Below, piece by piece: positions 53,476-64,000 of a stretch of DNA of 64,000 bases. This DNA comes from Lama glama. Lineage: Eukaryota. The stretch is taken from the NCBI GenBank assembly GCA_028534125.1, contig CM052817.1:34288001-34352000 (forward strand), in the 5' to 3' direction. Within the stretch, counting starts at the first letter, position 1; each line of letters starts with the position of its first letter. The position numbers were made by a program, and so were the translations under genes. Below the pieces are notes generated by a model that worked only from the letters and a program-made list of their open reading frames with translations, searched no databases and was not told the origin of the DNA.

Positions 53476-56084
53476 TAAACTCTGTTCATAAGAACAGAAA
53501 AGATCCTACTGAAACTCTGAAATGAAAACATTACAGCTTCAGGACTCTCTCATGCATTGTATAGTACCGTCACAACGAGCTTCATAAAGAGTACAAAAAT
53601 ATGTGAGCAATTTTAAAAGGATAGCTCGTAAGAACAAAATTATTCTTAGCGTACTCAAAATTGTTAAAAATACTTTTAAGTATTTTTCAGCCTAAAAAAA
53701 TCTATTTAACGTGAGATGGCAGTGCATTTTAATGTGTTTGCCATGATTCAGGGTGAGTCTTCCAAAAGTAAGAACACCTATAACGTAAAAAGATCTTAAA
53801 GCATCCCCCATAGAGTGTTTTCAATTACAATTCAATATTTACAGCATGAAATGTTCCTATCTACTGCTGAAGAAAATGCCAGAAAAGTAAGAGAGTCTGA
53901 AGTCAACAGTTTGGCAACAACAATTCATTTTGGTAGAAAGAATTATAGCTTCAGACAGAAGATAAGCTTTTTATATTTATTGAGGCAACTCTCCCGTTCT
54001 CTCTGAGTTGTTTTTTGTCAAAGGCTATTCTGAATGAAAGAACCACTTAGGGGAGGTTGGGAGTGAGGAAGTCACCAAAATTGAGTTTCAAGAAAGATGA
54101 ATTATCTAAATCAGTTTCTCTGATCTAGAAACACTGCTGATCGCGATGTAGCTAGTACGTAACGTCGTGTTTCGTCCTTCCTAGCTCCTAAAGTCAAAAG
54201 CCAAATTCCAATGAACTGGAGTAGTATGTAGAGCTAGCTCTTATATCCAGTTACAAGAATTCTCCAGGGTCTAAAATGAAGACCCCAGACTACAAACATC
54301 TCAATTCTTTATGAGCTTGCATTTCAAAAACTTTGGAAATGTCTGTGTGTGTGTGACACACTAAAAACATACACGTCAGAATTTCACAGTGATTATTCCT
54401 CAGTGAGAAAAATCTGGATGACAAATGCTCTTCAAGAATCACAGGATACTTTGTATACACAAAGACAGAAAAGAAAATTATTGAAGGGCACACATGAAAC
54501 TTGAAAATAATTACTCCTGCGGACCAGGATGCGAATGGGAGACAGAAGAGGTTTCATTTATTACTCCATACTCTTTTATATTTTTTAGTATTTTCATTGA
54601 CAATTTGTAATATATAGTCATAATGTAGATATTAATAAACTTATGATAAATTTTGGATTTTTAGAAAGCAATGAAAGCCCATACTCATCCTCTCTAATTT
54701 GGAGGTGTCTTTATTAACATCTCATTTGCCCAGGTGGGTAAGAGAATATGAACCCAAGTGCTTGCCCTTCTCTCTCCTGCTTAGAGAGCACAGAGTTGAT
54801 CTTCTGCAACACTCCTGCTGCCTCGTGGGTTTCGTGGGAGTGCCAAAGCAGGATCGTGGCCTCAGAGAAGCCCTAAGTAACCAATAATAATTCATCTTTA
54901 AAGCTGAAATGTATTCTGTACCTGCTGTACAAAATGTTTTTGTTGCATTATCTCACTCTCTCTTTAATCCTATGAGACTCAGAAAAGGTAAATATCTTTA
55001 ACAGATATTTACACACCATTAGTCAATGGAAGAGCCAGCATTTCAATCTTTCTGACTTCACAAACCACAAATAGGAAGAAATTAAACTTGTGAAACAATC
55101 AGGAAGTTTGAACAGTAAGTGGATATCAGTCTGAGCTGGTAATATTTCTGCTGATAGAGTCCTCTATAAACTTTGTAGTTCTCCTACAACTCTCCCTGAG
55201 ATTTACTCTGTTAGTCAAAACCCACAGCTGCAAATCTCTTTGAGGTACGTGTTTCTCTCTGCCTTGGACTTCTGCTGAGACTGCTGGGGGACAATGGCCT
55301 CCAACTTTCTTAGAAGCTCAATTGTTGACTGAATAATCCTCTGAGAAAACACCTTCAATCTTCCTGCTAAACTTTCTGCCTCCAGTGAACAATAATACTT
55401 TCCTTTACACCCTCACTGGCAGGCTTCTTAAATGTCATCGTGCTTTTGCTAACAATTTCATCGATATTCTTTTTATATATATAATTACTCCCATACATAC
55501 ATATTGTAATAGTTTAATAAAAAATTGTGTGAAGAAGTTCACTATACAGGGTTTGGTCCATATTACTTTTTAAAAATTTTGCATTGATTGATTGCAATTT
55601 TTTTCACTGATGCCTGTTCAATTCTTCAGCATAGGTCTTTCTTCATAATAAGCTTCTAAATAACTATCCCCATGACTGAAAAGGGGGAAATCCTTCTAAA
55701 TATATTACCTATAACTGTGAAGGGGGAAGAATCTTCAAAATATAATAGGCTATCTAGAAAATAATATATATAATATATTAGATGTATGTACATAAATAGA
55801 TATATAGATAAAATAAAACCTTACGTGTAAAGGCTGCCATTGTGTTTTTTTGAATCAATTTCCTATGGAGTAACATACTGTATTTAGTTTCAAATGGCTT
55901 ATTCTAAAGATATTTTCCTCTTCCAGTTTCCCATATTTGTTTGAAGGGGAAGTGCGGTGATGTAGTGGAGGAGTGGGAGCTTTGGCGCCAGATGAACCAA
56001 GATTAGAATCTCAGCTCTGCTACGAGGGCAATTTTAACTGGGCTGAGCCCCAATTTTCTCTTTTTTAGATTTGATTCTACTTTT

Positions 56085-56400
56085 TAAGAAATTTATTGTG
56101 GTAAGAACATTTAACATGAGATGTATCGTCTTCATAGATTAAAAAAAAATTTCCCAGCTTTATTGGGAAACAATTGACATATAACATTGTGTAAGTTTAA
56201 GGTATATAGTGTGATGGTTTGATTCAAGTATATATTGCAAAATTTTTACCACAATAAGATTAGTTAACACAACCTTCACCTCACTTAATTACCATTTTGT
56301 TGTTTCTTCATAGGTTTTTAGTAATAATATAGTATTATTATCTACAGGCACAACGTTGTACATCAGATCTCTAGAGTTTATTCATCTTGCATGACTGAAA
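56085..56400 (-). mobile_element. Nested LINE-1 3' ends (L1MA/L1MB-like)
   Basis: tttattgtggtaagaacatttaacatgagat...gttgtacatcagatctctagagtttattcatcttgca, interrupted by a second L1 3' end. Confidence 0.75.
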
Positions 56401-56402
56401 TT

Positions 56403-56766
56403 TAATTCTACCAAACATCTACCAAAAATTAAACCAAACATTAAGAATTAATACCAATCCTTCTTAAACTTTCCCCAAAAAAACTATAGAGGAGGGAACA
56501 TTTCCAAACTTGTTTTATGAAGTCAGCATTACTCTGATACCAAAGCCAGACAAAGAAAAGAAAACCACAGGCCAATATCCCTGATGAACACTGATGCAAA
56601 AATCCTCAAGAAAATACTAGGAAACTGAATTCAACAGCACATTAAAAGGATCATACATCACAACCAATGGTATCTACTCCTGGGATGCATGGATGGCTCA
56701 ACATATGAAAGTCAAGTACTGTGATACAGCACATGAACAGAAAGATAAAAGTCACATGATCATCTC
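56403..56766 (+). mobile_element. LINE-1 ORF2 reverse transcriptase fragment (degenerate)
   Basis: Translates FYEVSITLIPKPDK...RPISLMNTDAKILKKIL..IQQHIKRIIH. Confidence 0.9.
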
Positions 56767-57421
56767 TTCAATATTCCTTAGGTTTTCACTAAGAAGCTTC
56801 TCAAAGTTCTGACAGCCTCTTCCAACCGCCCCATTTGAATGCCACTCCCACATTTTTAAATGTTTGTTGTGGCAACACCTCATTTCCAGGTACCAAAACC
56901 TGTGCTAAGTTTTCTATTACATAACAAATTACTCAGAAACCTAGTGGCTTCAAACAATAAGCTTTGATTATTGCCAAGCTTTTGTGGTTCAGGAGTGTGG
57001 TTCAGGAGTGTGGGAGCAGTTTCACTAGGTTGTTCTACCTCCAGGTCTCTCATAAGGTTACAGGCAAGATGTCGGCCTGGATGCAGTCATGTGAAGGCTT
57101 GGTTGGGACTGAAAAATCCATCCCCAGTGTGATCCATCCGTATGACTACTGGCAGAAGGATGCAGATCCTCACCGAATGCTGGGATTCTCCATAGGACTA
57201 CTTGTATCCTCAGACATGGAAGCTGGCTCCCTTAGAGCTACAGATCCAAGATAGCAAGATGGAAACCACAGTGTCTTTTATGACCTAGAATTGGAAGTCA
57301 TACATGATCATGTCCACAATACCCCATTACACAGTTCAGCCCTATTCGCTGTAGGAGGACATTAACACCCAGCTTTAAATACAGGAGACAGGGGTCACTG
57401 AGGATTATCGAGGGTTTGACT
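56767..57421 (-). mobile_element. MaLR MLT1(F-like) LTR plus start of internal sequence
   Basis: LTR ~56900-57421 (ataacaaattac...agtggcttcaaacaa...ttttatgacctag...ggaagtca); internal start on minus reads TTTTGGTACC...AAAAATGTGG. Confidence 0.75.
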
Positions 57422-57424
57422 GTG

Positions 57425-58240
57425 ATTTCTCTTACTACTGTTGTCTGATTTTTAGCATCCAAATCTTGACCACATTTTGATAGATTTATCCCGAAGTAGT
57501 TCATGTTCATTGATGTCACTGTAATTTCTAATTGTTTTTTGCTACCATATAAAAACACAATTTTTGTGTTGTTCTAGTAACCTATGCCCTTGCTAGACTT
57601 ACATAGAAGTTCTAGTAGCTTCTTGGTAGATTTCTCTGAGGTCTTCTTTATCGATAATCATGTTTCTGTGAATAAAGACAGTTTTATTTCTTCCTTTCTG
57701 ATCTATACTTTTCATCTGTTGTCTTCTCATACAGGCTAGGATCTCCAATATAATGGCAAATAGAAGTGATGAGAGCAGAAATCTTTGCCTCATACCCATG
57801 CTTGAGAAGCAGTCCCTCATCATTAAGTATGAAAGTATAAGTTTTTCATAGATTCCTTTTATCAGGCTGAAGAAGGTCCCTTCTAGTCCTAATTTATTGG
57901 AAGTTATTATGAATGTGTGTTGAATTTTGTCAAATGCTCTTTCTGAGTCTGTTGAGACAATGGTGCAGTTGTTCTGGTGAATCGCATTTATTGATTTTTG
58001 AATGTTGAACTAAACATGCATTCCTGAGATAAACACCACTTGGACATGATGTGCTATCTTTTCTATATATAGTAAGATTTGATTTGATAATAAGGATTTT
58101 TTAATCCATGTTTAAAAGGGATATTGGTCTATAGTTTACTTTCCTTGTAATATCATTTTCTTTTTTCTTTTTAAATCACGGCAGTGGTAGCTTCATGAAA
58201 TCAGTTGGGAAGTGTTCCCTTCTCTTCTATTTTTCTGGAA
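57425..58240 (-). mobile_element. Old LINE-1 ORF2 fragment
   Basis: aatagaagtgatgagagcaga, gttgaattttgtcaaatgct, gggatattggtctatagttt, ttgggaagtgttccct; ORF track shows a degenerate GMRQ...LFAIILEILA. Confidence 0.85.

Positions 58241-58243
<3 letters not shown>

Positions 58244-58296
<53 letters not shown>
58244..58296. repeat. (TA)n microsatellite
   Basis: About 20 perfect TA units plus an imperfect tail. Confidence 0.95.
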
Positions 58297-58737
58297 GATA
58301 CCATTATATTGAATTTGCTTAAAAATAATTTGGAATGAAGAGAGGAATGAATGTGAATATAGATGAAACAAGATAGACCAGCAGTTGATAATTACTGAAG
58401 TTTAGCAATGGGTATGTAAGGATTTACTAAACTTTTCTCTGCTCTTCTGTATATGCTTGAAACTTTCAATAATAAAATAAATGTGTCCTTTCCACAGCTC
58501 TATCCTACTTCCCAACGAATATGCTAGAGAAAAGGGTACCCTAAAATTTCAGCAAAGAGGGAAGCAGAAGTTTAGACACTGAAAGTTTCCAAATCCTTTT
58601 AAAGAGCATACTAATCATTAGCATCCAAATGTGTATTTAGAGGAGAGTAGGATAAATCAATTACAGCTTCAGTTTAGATGTGGGCTTAATTTCTTGGCTA
58701 TGTCTTCAATTTAGCTTTGAAAAATTCTATCCTGTAA

Positions 58738-59235
58738 TGCAATGGTTGTCAAATATTAATGTGCATAAGAATCACTTGGAGGGCTTCTTAAAACACAGAT
58801 TACTTACTATTCTATATGATACTGTAATGGTGAATTCATGTCATGTATTTGTCAAGATCCATAAAATGTAGACCACCAAGAATAAACTTAATGTAAATTA
58901 GGGATTTGGGGTGATAATGATGTGTCAATGCAGCTTCATAGATTATAAAACATGTACCACTCTGGTGGGGGATGTTGACAGTTGGGGAGGCTATGTGTAG
59001 GGAAAGTGGGTATATGGGAACTCTGAACTTTCTCCCCAGTTTTGCTGGGAAACTAAAACTCCTCTTAAAAAATAAAGTCTATCTAAAAACCACTAACAAA
59101 GAAACAAATTGCTAGACTCCATCCTTAGAGTTTCTCATGCAGTAGGTTTATGGTAGAGCCCAAGAATCTGCATTTCTAGTAACTTCCCATGTGATAATGA
59201 TGATGTTGGTCCAACACCCACAAAAGAACTTCTGC
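58738..59235 (+). mobile_element. MER5A split by an L1MC-like 3' end (~58805-59100)
   Basis: MER5A halves aatcacttggagggcttcttaaaacacagatt and ...gcccaagaatctgcatttcta; insert has atgtaccactctggtgggggatgttga...aaaataaagtcta. Confidence 0.75.
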
Positions 59236-60089
59236 TTTAATATAAAGACTCAATATTCAGAAATTTCAAGCTTTCTCACAATTAAATCCTGGGTCCAATC
59301 CAAGCAGAACTTTATTTAGTTCAAGCTATACTGACTCTAACTTCTGTTTGTTTCATTTTGGCAATCTTTTTTTGAATACCTATCATGTACCAGGTGGCTA
59401 GCCTCTGGAGATATAAGGATACATATTAATGCATTGTCTCTGCCATTGAAGACTTTATAGCCTGATTCCTTATCTTTAATCCTGTTTATTAATTTTATAG
59501 GATATTTTGTTCAATTTTGATCTAAGCTGTTTCATTTGTAACAGATTATTTTTACCTTTGCTGTGGTAAATTAAATTAACAGTTGAGTTCAGCTGGCAGT
59601 ATCAAATATTACAGTGTTTTTTCTACATCTTGATCTTACAATCCAAGTCCTCTCAACTTTCTCCCAAAAGAGACCTTAGAAATCATCTCGTTCATAGACC
59701 TACCCCCATTTACAGTTGAGGAAACAGAAGCCCAGAAGAATGTGGCAACTTTCCCAAGGTCACTAAGCTAGTAAGTGATAAATAGATCCAAGTCACTTCA
59801 AATATGGTGATCTTCCCATGACATCTGGCCTCATGACTTAAATTCTAACATCAAGGAAAATTATGGATATGGGAATATCTAGGAAATATTTCACAAATTT
59901 CAGTGGAATCTCATGATTACATTAAATTATTGAAGGTCTTTGTGAATTACAGGAGAAAAGGTGGAGAGAAAAAGATGAAAGACTAGAGACTGGTGGTTGT
60001 CATAATGGCATCAGTAGTGGTAGCAAAGTGTAGCAGTAACCAATGACACCTCATGTGACATGTACTGTGACTTTCTTAGAACATCCACT

Positions 60090-60185
60090 CTTCTCAGTAA
60101 CCCCATGAGACATGTGCAATTATTATGCCCATTTTACAGATGAGGAAGCTCAAGCACAAAGACATTTAGTAACTTGCCCAAAGAG
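60090..60185 (-). mobile_element. MIR fragment
   Basis: attatgcccattttacagatgaggaagct...agtaacttgccca. Confidence 0.7.
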
Positions 60186-63100
60186 ACAGGGCTTTTGTAG
60201 TAAATTCCATCCAATGGCCTTGTGTATAATTAATCCCCCAAACGTAACTAAATTCTGCTAGGAGGAAAATTTAAGTAATATTTAATCATTGTGTAAAGTT
60301 GCATAGTTCTTCAAAGCCTCAAATCCTTGCTGGATAGCTTAACAAAGCTCAGTGAGATGGCTGAAAACAAGGAAATTTAAAATTCTTTCTTTTATGCCTG
60401 TTCGAAACAAATTTAACAACTCTGTTCTTCAGAACAGGTCAAATATTAAATAAAAAGTGTTCTTTCAACAATTGGAATCCATAAATAGGTCAACAGGCGT
60501 CTCTGGAGTGCAGCACCAGGTACACACACAGACATAGACACGTACACACACACACACACCCTCATTTAATTTCATGTATAAACAAACATTACCTTATACC
60601 CTTGGGAATTATTTTTAGCTATCTTTGGCCAAACTGGTTTCGCTTGGCAGACTGTCACCCCTACAGGTGGCACCTATTCTCTGTGAAGTGTTTCCTTTTC
60701 CCAGAATTGAGACATTGGCACCACGTACCTCCTTACCCTTCTCGACATCTGTTTCTACTTATGTGCCAGCCAAGGCCACCTGACCTGTGAAAGGAAACAA
60801 AACAAAGGTTCATGGTCATTGTCTATCAAAATGTTGTGTTGTGGTCCACCCAGACCTTGGAAACACAGATTGGGAAATGCTAATGGGATGCCAAGCACTG
60901 GTCCACCTTAGGAAGGGGCTGTGGAAAAAATACTTCCTTTATTCATCAGATTGTGTTGAATAAAAATAAGGTAGGGCTCTGGAGTCTAGAGAAATTAATT
61001 TATAAAATGACTAACTACTCACTACCATTTGCAAAGCATTGATGCTGCTGCAGAGGTGCTACAAGGGGTGGAGAGAGGGAGGAGCTTTCCTTGAAGGGCT
61101 TTAGAAGACTAGCAAGTCACACTATGTACATTAGAAACTAAATCTCTCCGGCTAAATGCACAGCATGTCAAATTTACAGAGCCAGCAGTATCATATGAAT
61201 TTCTTAGAAGAAACAAGAACTGAGGGATAGAAAAAACTGGAAAACCTCAGAGGTGATGAGACTTGAAGAAGAAAAAAATAACTTATTTTGTGACACCTGA
61301 AATCACTTTCTTCTAAATACTTTACCAGGATAAAAATTACCAAGTCACATCTCTCCTAAGAGCTGAACTAAAAACACCCAAGAAAACCCTTGTCCATATT
61401 TCCTAAGTATATTTCTTTTCTGCTTCTCTTCTTTTCCCATCGTCAGCTCTCAGTGATCTAGCAGTCACGGTTGAGGACAGAGACTAAAGAGGATAAACCT
61501 AGGGATATGTCTTATTATTTTTGCCTTCGAGCTGTTTCCAGTTTTCAAAATTTTGCTTTTGAGAACTTTTGGTAACAAGCACCAAAATGTAATAACTTGA
61601 AGATATACATGCACAAGTCTGCAAAATTGCCTATAACAAGGATATTCATTAGACGATTAAAAGGTTTTGAAAAATGGAAACAACCTGAATATCCATCAAT
61701 AAGGAGGAATTAAATATATTGCTAATGGAAAAGAGCAAACTGCCCACCTAGCAGCATTGTTGCATATGATTCCATTTAGTTAAAACAAGAAAGGACATCT
61801 GTACCCCCTGAATGCACCTCATACACCAACCAAGTCCAGGAGGCAGTGTGAGAAATTGTCAACAACACGATGCCTGTGAGATCAGTGGCTGACTTCCATA
61901 TTTTACTTTATTATTTTCTGTGCCAGTGGAGTTTTTAAAAAGATATATCACATTTATATTTTAAAAATAGTTCAACCTATATGTACATATGTAACACTGA
62001 CATTTTTGTTTTTCAGATACTCTGCTTTGCCAACAAATGCCCTAGAGATATCCACTCAAAGTGAGTCAGGATATTAACAAAAGGGTTATAAAAAGGAACC
62101 ATTAGGCAGGAAGAATGGTCACTATACACAGACTTTTTTTTTATTGATGGTTACTGGTCATTCCCTCACAGAAAATCAAATTTTCCTCAAGCTGTAGATG
62201 GACGACTACTTTGACTTTTTGGTACTAATGAATGGTTCAAAGATTCAGAAGCTTGAATTCTAAAGCTGAACCAACACATGCTCATAGAACTGATTATACA
62301 CTGCGAGGCTAAAGGTTTAAGAAGCAGGAAACATGTTGCTACGATGCTCTGTTAGTTACTGACATTCTGTGACAGCTGTCAGCCTTGAGCAGGATGGAGG
62401 AGTCCCAGACATCCAAGTGGCATTTCTTCTCCTTTGCCTGCTGGAGCTCCGAATGGGGCAGCTGGATGACTATGAACCCCGTGTTTGGGATCAGGAGGTA
62501 AGTGGGAGAGGCACAGTTGGTTCTGCTGATGCACCAGTTCAGGGAAAGTTAGTTGACGCAGCCCTTTGCCTTCCTCTTGGCGTGAATAAAATCAGGAAAA
62601 GTGGTTTAGACTCAATACTTTCTCTGCTCTCCTCAGGGTCCACATGTTTCCTGACCCTTGACCTTTTTTTATGTCCAGGGGCAGTCACCTGCACATGAGC
62701 TTAGCTGACAGTGACATCCTGCCCATCTCTATGTCCTGGACCCAACGCTGTGCTTCATCAGGCTGCCCATGTCTTCTGCAGATGACTCGCTTCATGTCCA
62801 GCCATTGTCTGACCACTCCATCACCTAACCACACTGCCTGGTTTTCTTGTTCAACAGGAACAAAATTTTTGGAGGGAGTCTCTGTAAAAACCAGCTAGTA
62901 GTTGATTTACATAGCTAAACATAACCCCTAGGAACTGCGCTGGACCCCTATAATTTTTAAGGAAAGCATAGTGGCCAAACCTTTAAGGTTGGTGATAAAA
63001 CGTCACTCAACTCTGGCTGTTCAGTCCTTTCTTTCCTTTGAGATAAAGGTATACAAATCTGGGGGCTCCACATACAGGAATGGGTCAGCACTGTGTATCC

Positions 63101-63589
63101 ATCTGCCGGGTTACATCCTACAGGAAGTTAAGAGCTGTGTCATAAATCCCAAATCATAAAGTTGTGGAAAGAACACTGAACCCAAAGTCAGAAAACCTGA
63201 TTTCAATACCAATTCTGCTACTCAGACATTCTGGTGGAAATAAAGGAGAGCATCTTCATTAGGAAAATAAGGGAGAGGATCAGTGATGTCTTCTTCTTGT
63301 TATGAAATATTTGGTTCTGTGGGTCAGTGGCCAGCTAGGGGGACGGATTGTCCTGGGTCTCATTTTCTATTCCATCCAGAGAGCTACAATCAGGCCATCA
63401 CACAAATGTCCTGGAATGAGGCAATGCTCCGTTACACTGATAAAGAATCAGAACCAATGACATCATCTGTCAATTGTGTTATTTTCTGAAAAACACGGTG
63501 TGTTTTCATAAATTATATTGTACCTCAATGATGTAAATAGAAAACTGACTTAATTTTCTCTTTGGTGGCTTGAGAACCTTAGTGTGGCA

Positions 63590-63750
63590 GAAGAGATAGA
63601 TGAAAGATGACAGACAGACAGGTAGATAGGTAGGTAGGTAGGTAGATAGATGATAGATGGATAGATGGATAGATAGATAGATAGATAGATAAATATAGCT
63701 GATGGGTGGGTAGGTAATGGATAGATGGATGGATGGATACATGAGTAGAT
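63590..63750. repeat. Compound (GATA/GGTA/GGAT/GACA)n tetranucleotide repeat
   Basis: Direct inspection. Confidence 0.92.
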
Positions 63751-63769
63751 AGAACTGAGGTTCTGAGCA

Positions 63770-63995
63770 GTCTCTAGCGTCTGACTACTTTGGTTCCGAA
63801 TCCAACACCACAACTTTCTGGCTGCATCACCTCAGCAAATTACCTGATTATAACTCAGTCAACTGAGTGGCAAAATTCAGATAATAACAATAATACCTCA
63901 TCACGTGGTTGTCAGGATTAAGATTATTCGTGCAAAATTTTTTGCAGAGTGCCGGACATACAATAAGTGCTCCATAAATGGTAACAATTATCATT
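63770..63995 (+). mobile_element. MIR
   Basis: ggttccgaatcc...gataataacaataatacctcatc...ggttgtcaggattaa...cagagtgccggacata...taagtgctccataaatg. Confidence 0.7.
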
Positions 63996-64000
63996 GTTGT

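Noticed and set aside
57298..57823. Minus-strand ORFs of 86 and 74 aa
   Set aside because: Degenerate LINE-1 ORF2 remnants, not genes
63506..63813. ORFs rich in IYLS repeats
   Set aside because: Translation of the (GATA)n microsatellite
44710..64000. Search for a second gene or structured ncRNA upstream of KDR
   Set aside because: No convincing exons or RNA gene seen; a divergent lncRNA cannot be excluded from sequence alone

Overview
Mammalian genomic DNA containing the complete, intact KDR (VEGFR2/FLK1) receptor tyrosine kinase gene on the minus strand. All 30 coding exons can be read with GT-AG boundaries, from ATG 43878 to TAA 2346-2344. They total 4071 nt (1356 aa), with exon lengths matching those I recall for human KDR. 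The window also holds the ~1.45-1.65 kb 3'UTR, a TATA-less CpG-island promoter (TSS near 44179) and ~20 kb of repeat-rich upstream DNA with no other recognisable gene. A tRNA-derived SINE with a perfect 16-bp TSD resembles the camelid Vic-1 family, suggesting camel/alpaca/llama; this is inference. I found no wholly new biological system. The best leads are RNA-level features of KDR: a conserved-looking intron-13 soluble-VEGFR2 tail, a duplicated poly(A) signal in intron 15 just before the transmembrane exon, a reconstituted strong 5' splice site at the exon 17/18 junction, a 164-codon overlapping uORF, and clustered miRNA seed matches with a possible hairpin switch. Endothelial enhancer motif clusters occur in introns 1 and 10 and possibly ~16.5 kb upstream. 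Repeat boundaries and subfamilies were judged by eye and are approximate; comparisons with human and mouse are from memory.
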